Below are positions 40,201 to 50,970 of a stretch of DNA of 64,000 bases, one piece after another. The position numbers were made by a program, and so were the translations under genes. Numbering within the stretch: the stretch's first letter is position 1; every line of letters begins with the position of its first letter. Under the pieces are notes generated by a model, which worked only from the letters and a program-made list of their open reading frames with translations, ran no database searches and had not been told where the DNA came from. This DNA comes from Somniosus microcephalus (taxonomy: Eukaryota). Location of the stretch: positions 33,852,001 to 33,916,000 of the forward strand of contig CM126209.1 of assembly GCA_052327205.1 (NCBI GenBank), written 5' to 3'.

Positions 40201-40671
40201 GAATCAGTGGGCTTTCCCTTGGGCTTCCCCCATTCCTCTGCATTGAAGAGGGGGGGGGGGGGAAATCAGGAGGCCCACTGCAGGGATCCCAGGCAGATCA
40301 GATTGCTGCTGACCCCTTCCTGCTAATACCCATGCTCCCACACTAATCTGTAAATGAGTTGTTCCAGCTGCCAATTAGCTGCAGGACACATGATGGTGAA
40401 CTTCAGCTAACCAAGATCTGATGCCACTACTAAATGAATCCTACCACCACGATTCCTTTTCAGTAACAAGTTCAACTTAGTCGCCGGTTGACATGGGGCT
40501 CTTCTTCACAATTACCAAGTCTTCCACTTGGAGATCCACATGCTGCTCCTTTGCACAGGCACACATCCCATCAGTGACAACAACATCTCACTGATAACAA
40601 ATCTGATAGCCTTCCTTCTGTTTAAGGCCACCATGGCTCCTCTTGGTGTCTCCTTCTGGGTGCCCTTACTA

Positions 40672-41000
40672 CAGGAAACTCTTTGGTATCCGGCACCAAC
40701 GAGATCAGGATGGTGCCGGTTGGTTAAAAATTCCAGATGACGGAGAGGGTTATCTACCGAGGCTATTTTTAACAAACAAAGAGTCAGACTCCCGTTATTG
40801 AGGTGTTCGGACTTCCGACAGCACCAAGAAGCCGAGTAGTGGCAGTTTGGAGAACTACCTCCACTGACTAACTCGGCCACCACAGGAGACTCTGGCTCGG
40901 CAACATTTCCGGTTATTGAGGTGTTGTTTTCGGAGTATGAATTTTGCCGGTTAATAGAGCATTCCGGATATTTAGGTGCCGTTTAAGTGAGAGTTTCCTG
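40672..41000. mobile_element. Tigger/pogo-like (Tc1/mariner superfamily) non-autonomous MITE
   Basis: TA|CAGGAAACTCTTTGGTATCCGGCACC...GGTGCCGTTTAAGTGAGAGTTTCCTG|TA: 26-bp imperfect TIRs (first 11 bp perfect), TA target duplication, internal subterminal CCGG-type repeats. Confidence 0.82.
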
Positions 41001-43070
41001 TATCTTAGCTACCTGCTTCCCCTAAGGTGCAAGAGGTTCTGAAGAGTTTGCCTGTTTACTTGGGAGGGGTGGTTGGGTTAAAGTGCTACTTCCTCATTTT
41101 CATTCATGGGTCACTTCCCCCTCAAGAAGAAAGTAGAGGGAGTATGGAATGCAACCCAAGTTTCAGAAGGCATTCCTTCATGGGATGAGGTGACACTCAC
41201 TGGCAAGGCAACCTCCTTTCATCAACCCAGATTATGCCTTTCACTGGACTCTTTTCCCTGCAGAGCCTAAAAACTTTGCTGGATTACAGATAGTCCTACC
41301 TCAACTCAAGAATCTTTAACATTGTGGGCTCAGTCACCTGAAGAGGCACCAGCCTCGGACAGTGCTTATGGTTAGACACAAAATGACTGCCATGATCCTT
41401 TCAGCTGCTGCACTAGCACTGGATTATAATCGCTGTCTTGTCAACAAGGAAGGGCATGACAGGACAGGACAAGACAGATACAGGATTCAACCATCATAAT
41501 TCAACTACACTTGCAGTTCTTGCAACCCCACTTCCTGCCACTTAGAGATTTGCGGCCCAAACGATCTTACCCCCGCAGGCACCTACACGGAACAAATGGA
41601 GGGGGTGGGGGGGGGGGGGGAGGGGTGGTTGGTGGAACAAAGACAAAAATCTACATGATCTTTTCACAGAAAACATCGCGCTTAAAGTACCTTGGATTCA
41701 GTGTTCGTTCTAATTCTTAAATGGCTGCGCGGCCCATTCAAATTTTCACGCACGCGCGGTTTCTTCTATGTAGAAACCGGTGAGCGGCCTGCATGGAATA
41801 TCTCCAGACTTTGCGGGAACGTTGCTTGGATTCATTAAGAGTGTACTGTGTGAACCGTCTAAAACAGGTCAATAAAAACATGAAGTCTTCTGCTACTAAC
41901 CTATGAGGAACGATTTGTCCCTTTAGGCTGTAAAGACAGATACAGTGCATCGCCCAACACCTTTTAAAGCACATACATATTTTCTGCATCTATAATGAGT
42001 TTGAAATAGAAGAAATCCACAAACAAGTTGCAATTTAAAATATTCGGGTAAGTTTGCTGAATTTGTGCTCCTAGCACAGAGTTGTGTGTGCCGGGAGCAC
42101 GTTTTAAGTGTTCAGACTCGAAGGCCCCACAGGATTTTTCACCTATTATCACTTATCCGACACTGTGTCACACATTTCAACTTGTATCTAATATATCTGG
42201 GCGGGCCAATAATTATTTTTTAAAAGAATATTTAGAAGGCAATGATGTCCAAAACATTAATTTTAAAATTTTAATTAAAAACTGGCTGCTTTATGATAAA
42301 TTAACAGTAAGGGCAGAATACGAAGGTTCATTCATACTCAACTTGCAATACACACAAAAGCATAACCAAGTGTTGTCCATTCCAGCTAACATCGGAATTT
42401 CCATCCTGGGACTCCCAGTCACCAGCCTGTACGCATGAATATTTACTGACTAGGTCAGTAGAATCATAGTGTTACAATGTATGTGCTTACACTGCATGAA
42501 TGGAGAAAACTGCAAGTGCAAATCAGATGAAATGCGCATCACTTCTGTAACCTAAAGGGATGATATGATTGGGATCAAGGCTGAAAGGAGATAAAGCTGA
42601 AAACAATATGGATATCTGGTTAAAAAAAAGTTAGCTCGAAAAATCAGAATTTCTTTCAAGACCAAAATGAGGTGAGGAAAGGGAAACTGGATAACTAGAG
42701 AAAGGTAGAACTGGGTCAAGAGCAGTTGACTTTAAATAAACAGGTTCGCACTGCTTTATGATTCTACCAAATAACACTCAGCTAGATGACTTCATCTAAC
42801 AATGGACCCACACAATTTTCCAGTGAAATGCTATGGTGTCATTTTCAACAGAATGTTTCTCCAAGTAATAGACTCAAGGCAACATTGAAGCTGAGATGAA
42901 GGCACCCTGGATTTGTGTCAGGGCTCCCTTTGAGAGCTGCAAATGTTGGCAATGCTGTTTAAATAACTATAACCTAAATGAAGAAATAGCCAATCCAAAA
43001 TAATATTTTTTTAAACTATATATTCTAAATATGAGAAACAACTACAATAGCTCATTTATCTATCTATCTA

Positions 43071-43760
43071 TCTTCTATATATATATATATAAATAAAAGG
43101 ATACTTCTGTCTGTCATTCCATCTGTCTGTCTTGAATAAACTCGAAAGTTATGGAGCGTACCTACACGTGCGTTACGTCGAAAGAAAGCTGACAATTCCA
43201 GAACCGTCATAAGCGTATTTACTTTTCGGTCGGACTAAAATTGTTCGCGCGTTATGCAAAAAACCTTCAAAATTAAACTCATTATCTGCTAATAGCATTG
43301 ATTGACTGACGTCAAGGTCGACCAATCCTGTGCCGTCACGATTGACCAATCCTACAGTTCAGTCGCCTGATGGTTGGCCAATCACTGCGTCTGTGGGTGG
43401 GACTAATGCTTTTCAACTCGGGCATCGGGCAGCCATTGCTTCACTACTTCCAGCTCAAAATCTGCTAATCCAGCTTCTAAAAAGTTAGTATCTCTTTTAA
43501 AAATAACATCACATTTACCAAAAACGTTTTATAAGTACTTTCACTTTCATCTTTGAAGCTATTAAAAAAGGTAGAAATGTTGCCCGGCAGCAGATTCACA
43601 GAGGGACACAGAGACAGGCCCCAAAGCCTGGGACTCGATTTAAAACGTTGCCCGGCAGCAGATTCACACAGGGACAGACAGACAGGCCCCAAAGCCTGGG
43701 ACTCGATTTAAACTGCCCGGCCCAAAACAGCCCTGGCAACGCCAGGGCCCCCCCAGCTAG
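43071..43760 (+). mobile_element. Non-autonomous Helitron
   Basis: 5' A|TC followed by TATA-rich and CTGTCTGT motifs; 3' hairpin GCCCTGGC-AAC-GCCAGGGC (43730-43748), then CTAG|T (43757-43761); no TSD; CpG-rich; internal 68-bp tandem duplication (43579-43721). The 5' TC could alternatively be at 43059. Confidence 0.82.
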
Positions 43761-44599
43761 TTATATATATTAAAAGTGACTGGCTGCAACATTCCAATGG
43801 AATTACGTCTGCTTGAGCATCACGTTATGTGACTCAATAAGTAGGACAACCCCTAACCTTACACGACAGTTTGTTTAATGCTCCTTCCACCCTCCAGTCA
43901 TTGAGAAGTGGCAATTTAAAAAAATATATATATATTTTCCAAGATCCCTTCTCCAAAATTCGAAAATTCTCCAGTCAGGTTAAACTTCATCTAACCACCA
44001 AATAATTTAGCCCCGCTGTAATTCCAAAGGCACGTTTTCAGTTGAAGCAGCAGAAAGCACCTTCAGAATCAGGCCCTCATTTAAACTACCCTGGCACAAA
44101 GCACAGTGAACTTTAAAAATATTGTTACGACCTTGAAGCGATGGGTAAAATCTCACCAAGTGCCTGTCCTAAAAACACCCCGAGGAAAGCTAACCTTCAC
44201 AAGAAGAAAACTGCTATTCTGTGCACCGCACCTCCCCATCCCCTCCGCCACTTCAAATGGAGACGGAAATGGGCTTCATGCAACTCCCCTTCCCCCACTT
44301 TGAAGAAAATGGTCTCTGGCTCACTGCAGCACCCCCCCCCCCCAACCCCCACATAAGGAAAAAAATGAAAAAGAAAATCAACCAATGCCACCCATCCTTC
44401 TTCCCCATCCCTCTCTTCTCCCTCACCCCACCCCCCTCGCCGTCTCCCCTCCCATATGCCTTCCCAAGTCCAGGTATCGCACCTTCTTACCCTGCTTTAC
44501 CTGAATACTGCACTGGGTCTCGACTTCCCGTGTGTAACGCCACAAGAGATCGATCGGTAAATTATAATCAAGATAAAACATTAGCTCTTATGAGCAAAT

Positions 44600-44910
44600 G
44601 TTATCAGGGTGCTGAGCCACGCAGGACCCAGAATGCACTTGGCAGCATGTCCCCTAGCTTAGGGAGGAAGGAAGGATCAGCTTAGGCTCCTAGCTGCTGT
44701 CAATTACCATTGCTGCAAAGTATGTGTGTGGGTGAGGACGGGCTCAAATTCAGCGGAGTTACCCGGTGTTGAATAGCCTGCTGAAGCTCGCTATCAGCAT
44801 GCCAAGAACGGCCATTTGGATGACCTACCAGTTACCTGTCAGCATGCCAATGGAACCGTAGCCAAGCACAAGTAGCCACCTTCAAGAGAGGAGAGGGGAG
44901 GGGGGAGGGG
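44600..44910 (+). mobile_element. AmnSINE2-like SINE, diverged
   Basis: gtgctgagccac, ttagggaggaag, gtgtgtgggtgaggac, gaatagcctgc, ggccatttgg, caccttcaagagagg match other copies. Confidence 0.6.
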
Positions 44911-45837
44911 AAAAACTGAAGAAAAATATTAACTTTACAGCTGCTGCTGCCTCAGCATGAGTTTTAAAACCAATCTGTACAGCATTTATTTAACACTACA
45001 GCAATAATACAGATACCACTGGCAGGAGTATCTTAACAGGAAATCTTTCAAGCCTACCTTTTTTTTAATGTACAAAATATTGCATTTTTTTTGCATCCCA
45101 CAGCTAAATATTCCCAGAAGCTCTGCATCCACTTTGTCAAACAGCAGGCTTTGGTTATTTAAACTTTAAACCTGAATTTTCTTTATTGCTGAATATTGCT
45201 CCAACGTTCCAGGATGAGGTTTCTGTTAACAGCTAGAATTTCTCGCAGTTCTGGAACTGTCTCGTGTTTACCCTGCTAAATATTTCCACCAAAACCTTTG
45301 TATAACCACAATTTGCATGAGAATCTACCATGTATTTTGTATGAAAGTAAGAACACCACAAACTAAGCATGCTTTGCTTCTGTAATCCATACTCTTTAGG
45401 CCTCAGTGTCAATTAACAAGCACTTAGGCCAGAATCCTATGTTTGCACTAAAAAAAAGTGTAATTACTTCCAGAGAGGAAGAGGCTTTCACAGTATACAG
45501 ACATCTCTAAGCAGCTTTCTTAAGTATTGGTTAACTCGTGCCAATTATGGGCTACAACCGCTGGTGTGGGCCCACGGTAATTCTAGCCTGTCCCTTTACT
45601 AACAATTATGAATTAACTAAAAGCAGTTTAACTTTAGGAGGCTGCCGTCAATCACCAACAACACCATTCTCAAATGTAAATGGTGCAGTCTCCAGAGTTC
45701 CAGTGGCATTGGAGACCCACTTTCCTGTGCGCCTTGGGAGCTGCTGTTGGGTTAGCTGTGCCACTAACCATCTGTCAGTAAAATATTAAAGTCCTATCTC
45801 CAATGGGCCAGATGATAAATATAAAGAAAGTGCATCT

Positions 45838-46275
45838 ATGTTAGCTGTGGCTCAGTCGGGAGCAAGCTCACCTACGAGTCAGATGGTTGTGGGTTCCAGA
45901 GACTTGAGCACAAAATCTAGGCTGATACTCCAATGCAGTACTGAGGGAGTACAGCACTGATGGCGGTGCTGTCATTCAGATGAGATGTTAAACCAAGGCC
46001 CCATCTTCCCTCTCAGGTGCATGTAAAACATCCAATGGCACTATTTCAAAGAAGAACAGTGTCCTGGCTGATATTTATCCCTCAACCAACACCACGAATA
46101 AAGATAATCACATTGTTGTCTGTGGGACCTTGCAGTGCGCAAATAGGCTGCCACGTTTCTTACATTACAACAGTGACCACAGTTCATAAAGTACTTCATT
46201 GGTTGTAAAGCGCTTTGTGACGTCCTGAAGTCGTGAAAGGCGCTGTATAAATGCAAATCTTCCTTTTCTTTCTTT
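45838..46275 (+). mobile_element. SacSINE1/DeuSINE-type SINE, near full length
   Basis: Collinear with 3731-4135 (gtggctcagt, agagacttgagcacaaaatctaggctga, gtgaaaggcgctgtataaatgcaa). Confidence 0.88.
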
Positions 46276-46276
46276 A

Positions 46277-46683
46277 TCAGCTTGGTTCAGTGGTAGCTGC
46301 ATTGAAGCCCCACTCCAAGACTTCAACACATAATGTAGCTTACAGTCCAGTACTACAGGAGGTGGTGTCTTCCAGGTGGGATGTTAAACAGAGATCTGCC
46401 TATTCTGGTGTTCAGGTAAACAGTTAAGATCCCATGCAACTATATGAGGAACAGCAGGGAGTTCTTCTGGTGCCTTGGCCCTGATTTTTCCCTCAACCAA
46501 TACCACCAAACGCCGATCAACATTCATCTAGTTGCTCTTTGCGGGATCTTGCTGTGCATAAAATGGTTTCCACATTTGCCTTTGCAACAGTTACTACATT
46601 TCACAAGTAATGCATGGGTTGAGAAGAGCTTTGAGATTTCCTGAAGATGTGAAAGGTACTGTATAGTTGCAAGTCTTTCTCTT
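46277..46683 (+). mobile_element. Older SacSINE1-type SINE, head-to-tail with the preceding copy
   Basis: Same motif order (ttggttcagtggtagc, ccccactccaagac, aagatcccatg, ccctcaacca, gtgaaagg..tatagttgcaagt) but more diverged. Confidence 0.72.
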
Positions 46684-47030
46684 GTTCTAAATTACCACCA
46701 GTTCAAGAGTTGGAGGAATCACACAGTTGGGTTCTTAGAATGTTTGCTAACGCTACACCATCAGGACTATACATTTCTGGGAAAGGTTAGGAGAAAGTAA
46801 AATTTCCACCTCGTCAGGCATATCTGGAGATACTTTACTACCTTTTATATAACAGCTTGTTCATAGCAGCTAGAACGAAGTGCTCAGCAACTCTGGATTC
46901 AAAACTGCAGCCAGCCAGTTTTAAAGACTATTATTATTGGGCGATCAAATATTTCAATGGTTTAAAAGAAAAAGAGCCTATATAGAAAAAAAAGTCGCTC
47001 AAGGGACTACATGATGACAAACCAATCCTC

Positions 47031-47808
47031 TTTTTTTTAAATGGAGGGTTAACCCTGGGGTTGGATTACCATATATCATCGATTTGAAGATTCTTTTAAA
47101 GTTTCATTAAAGCTTTAATGAATTGTGGATGGTCACTAGCTTCCATTTAAAAAGTAGAAAAATAGAATATTCGGTTCCTACTGTAAATACTCTGCAATTA
47201 GTATACTTTTTTCAAATAGTTTTGGAAAGATACGCTATCTTTTAATTTCTCTTTCTCCTCCTTCTCCTTGTGGGTGCCCAAAAAATCCACCCCCCCCGCC
47301 CCACAAAAAAAAACACAAGCAGCATACCCTGAACTTGGTATCACGTAGTTCCAGATTTACACTGTATTCAGTTACTAATCCCAGCAGTGTTGTTATAGAC
47401 AAGCACAAAGCAAATGTCAGGTGTTTCCCTACAAAGGGGGAAGGGCAAACTGACTGGACAGCAGTCACGTGTCTCTCATACTTTCTAGCAACTAGCTCAG
47501 AGCAGAACCCTGCTCGTTCACTCTACCCTCCTGGCCTCAGGTGATGTGCGAGACTCGGGACACCCACAAGGAGAAGGAGGAGAAAGAGAAATTAAAAGAT
47601 AGCGTATCTTTCCAAAACTATTTGAAAAAAGTATATTTATTGCAGAGTATTTACAGTAGGAACCGAATATTCTAGTTTTCTACTTTTTAAAATGGAAGCT
47701 AGTGACCATCCGCAATTTGTTAAAGCTTTTAATGAAACTTTAAAAGAATCTTCAAATCGATGATATATGGTAATCCAACCCCAGGGTTAACCCTCCATTT
47801 AAAAAAAA
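47031..47808. repeat. Long inverted repeat: ~250-bp arms (47031-47279; 47557-47808), ~277-bp unique spacer
   Basis: Manual alignment of the arms shows about 9 differences (~96% identity). Confidence 0.97.
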
Positions 47809-49749
47809 AATTGTATGTCACTAAGCTCCCATTTTACATGGATTCAATCCTTTTCAATTCTGCTTCTTCAACAATCACCCCCATTGCAATAGACGTGCTT
47901 TTGCCTGCTCCTTTCTCCCCATCTCTCTTTACATTTATCGGCTGTGAAGTGCTTTCCCATTTCTTTGCAGGGGGTTGGGGGGGGGGGGGGGGGGGAAAGA
48001 GAGGTAGGGGAGGAAAGGTAGGGAGGGTGCAACAATTCACATCTGCAAAGGCTTTTTTCTTTTCAAAACAGCTGCATAATATTGAAGTTACATTTTTACT
48101 GAAATTTGCCCTGGAGAGGATTTTCTCCTCAATTCACTGCTCTGCTTCCCTCAGGACCAATACTGGAGCGCTTCCAAGCTATAACACAGACAGGTGTTAC
48201 ATTACACCACCTCTTGCACCACCACAACTCTGTTGAATATACTTATTCAGATGCAGCAGAAAAAAATGCAAAGGTTGCAAGAATCATTCACTGTTACCAC
48301 CCCCCCCCCCGATCCTGGCCCCGTGTCAGTGCCCAAAACCCCTGCCTTGGTTGTAGAATTTTTCACTAAATGATAGGTACTGAATATTTGAAGAACCACA
48401 ATAGACAGATACATTTAAAAAAAGAGAACATTAGCTTAAAGGTCTTGTCAAAATGACCTTGAAATGGTAGTAATTAGGAGAGATTTTTCAAGTAACTTTG
48501 GTGCTACCTACAAGCTTTTTTTTTGTTTATACGTTTTTTTTAGTTCCAACAAATACTTTCTTAAACTCCCATAAAAGGGTCTCTAGTCAACTGTCAATTT
48601 AAGCTCTTTTAAATGGAGCCTGATCTGACAAGTACTGGTGCTGATGACATATAAATGAATGTTTGCGGAGGACCTCGGTGTTCACCCTTGACCTCTGTCC
48701 TGTAGATCACATTAAGCTTGACATTATCTTACTGTCAACTCAGCGAGAACGAGAAAGATAGAGAGTGGGATCAGGCTAAGACAACAATTTAGAATTGGCA
48801 AGAGCATGAACTGGATTGACTTTACCAGCAAAAGGCAGTAAATATTAAACAAAACTTCATGCTTTCCATCGAAGACACTAAAACATGAGTATCAGCAACG
48901 TGAAGTCTGCTGGCCATAATGCCAACAAAGTCACTCCATTCTCTGTGTCCCTATACAACAAAAGTACGGTGGCGGAGAGACTCGAGGTGGGATACAATGC
49001 TCAGAAAAAGTCTTATTTGTTCTACAGACAAATAAATGGATTATCCAGTTGCTTTCATTTATGTACCATGTGAAGAAAAAACTTTCTTTTATCAGAAGTT
49101 AGCTAGTACAACAAAAAGCGTACAGTTCGAGACTTTCTAACAGAGATCAATAACTGCATCTTGTTAAAAGAACTAGTTCTGAACTCACAAATGTACAAAA
49201 CTTCCAATTAATTGGCCTAATTTAAACAATTCTCCTCATGTGACATACAAACCCTCAATCCTCTTGGTCAATCTCAAATAATATTTCATGTTTTTTTTAA
49301 ATCAAACATACACGCACCAGGTCTTCATCCCTGAATGTTTGCTACAGGCCCCATCATCACAGCCATGATTTTCTGTCGAGAGGAGCAGGAAGAGTGAGTT
49401 ACACGACTATTGTTAGAGCTATTGTTAAATCTCATGTCATTTCCAAATGAAATACGCTTTGTGACACCAGGTGCAGCACCACAAGGCAGGTCCGCACACA
49501 ATGTTTCATAGTGATGATGGAAGTCTAGACATACTTGCGTGTTTTGCTCTTTATTCACTCCCTTTACAAACTTTAAATCAGTGGCCCAAAGCCAAAACCT
49601 TGTTTACAGTAGCAAATGAGAAGCAAATCAATGAAAAGATTTTTTTGGACAATTCCACTCTCGTTTATCACCTAAACCTACTGAAGATAATGCAATCAAA
49701 CTAAACAAAACTCACTTTGTTGAGAGTGGAATTCAAAATTTGGAGGATA

Positions 49750-50970
49750 TAGCATGTAAAGGGACTAAAGTGAAGGGCCAGGACGCATAAAAAGGATACC
49801 ATCAAGCTCGAGAAAGTAAAACAGAGGACAAAGTAAATCGAGGAACAATGAATAAATAGGTGGTGCCAAGCTTGGGTTTCAAAAGCCTGAACATTGTTGG
49901 TGGGAGGAAACTAAGGGAGGTTTAGGAGTTCCATAGTTTTGAGGCCCTGGGGAAAAAAGGTGAGTTAAGAGGAGATTAAGCAATAAATCTCAACACAGTA
50001 GGGATGTCAGGGGGAGAAAAACTAAGATGGTGTGCTCGCAGGTTAGAGGAGCAAGAGAGGATCTGGCCATAGAAGGATCAATAAAAGAGAGAAAGAAAGT
50101 TTGCAATGAGAGAAAAGATGGAGGCAAGTGCGAAATCACCCATCAAATGACACTTCTTTTTCTTGCATTCCTGGACAGGATAAAACAAGAGGTGCTAGAA
50201 AAGCCTCCGAGACAGAGACAGCATTCAAATCTTGGATGGGCTCGGGCTATATAGTTAACTAGTGAGACGCAAAGAGCTGGGGCACAAGAGAGGAAACAGT
50301 TTCTTGGAGGCAGCTGTAGCAATGGAGTCGAGATGGAAAGCCTAATTGACATCAACAGTTACCGAGACCAAATCTGTTGATAGATGAAGAGCCAGTGATG
50401 AAGTCAAAAGTCATCAGGTGGCAGCTGTTGATTAGACTTGTTCGAGACGTGCAGAAGAAACAATAATTTGAGAGCTAACAGCAGCTTCTATAGCTTTAAT
50501 AAAGGGGAAATGGGCCATAGTTAGAAAGCTAATGTAGATCATCTTTCTTAGGGACATGATGAATACAAGCAAATTTCCAAGGATATAGATAGATGGACAT
50601 TGAATAAGAGGGATTGAAGAAACAGTGTAGGGCACTGGACAAGTTCGGAAGCATGCATCTAGAGAATGCGGGAAGGGATACTATTAGGACCAGTAGTCTT
50701 ATTGGACTCCAGACAGTGGAGAAGCAAATGAAACTAGGAGGAGTAAGATATGATGTCAGGCATAATGGCTGAGCAGAATGTATCAACGGTGGAAAGGCTC
50801 CTCACGAAGATCATCAAGAATAGAGCTGGAGAAAGGCAACCCAAAAAGGTCAGCTTTACCTTTAGGAGAGTTAGCAACGGAGACATTTGTATAGAGATGG
50901 GGTGGAACGAAAGATTCACAGATGTTACAAGAGACAGCTTTAGCAAGGTATACGAGTTCTTCACTTCCAC
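49750..50970 (-). mobile_element. Heavily decayed non-LTR retrotransposon (CR1/Jockey-group) reverse transcriptase fragment
   Basis: Minus-strand frames give YPWKFACIHHVPKK (cf. WK.A...P.PKK), IKAIEAAVSSQI and YIARAHPRFECC..GG (cf. YKAQIRP.LEYCS..WG); the central RT region appears deleted. Confidence 0.65.

Noticed and set aside
44221-48236. 154-aa and 158-aa ORFs (44221..44685, 47760..48236)
   Set aside because: Driven by C/G-rich low-complexity tracts and repeat arms; antisense; no homology recognised.
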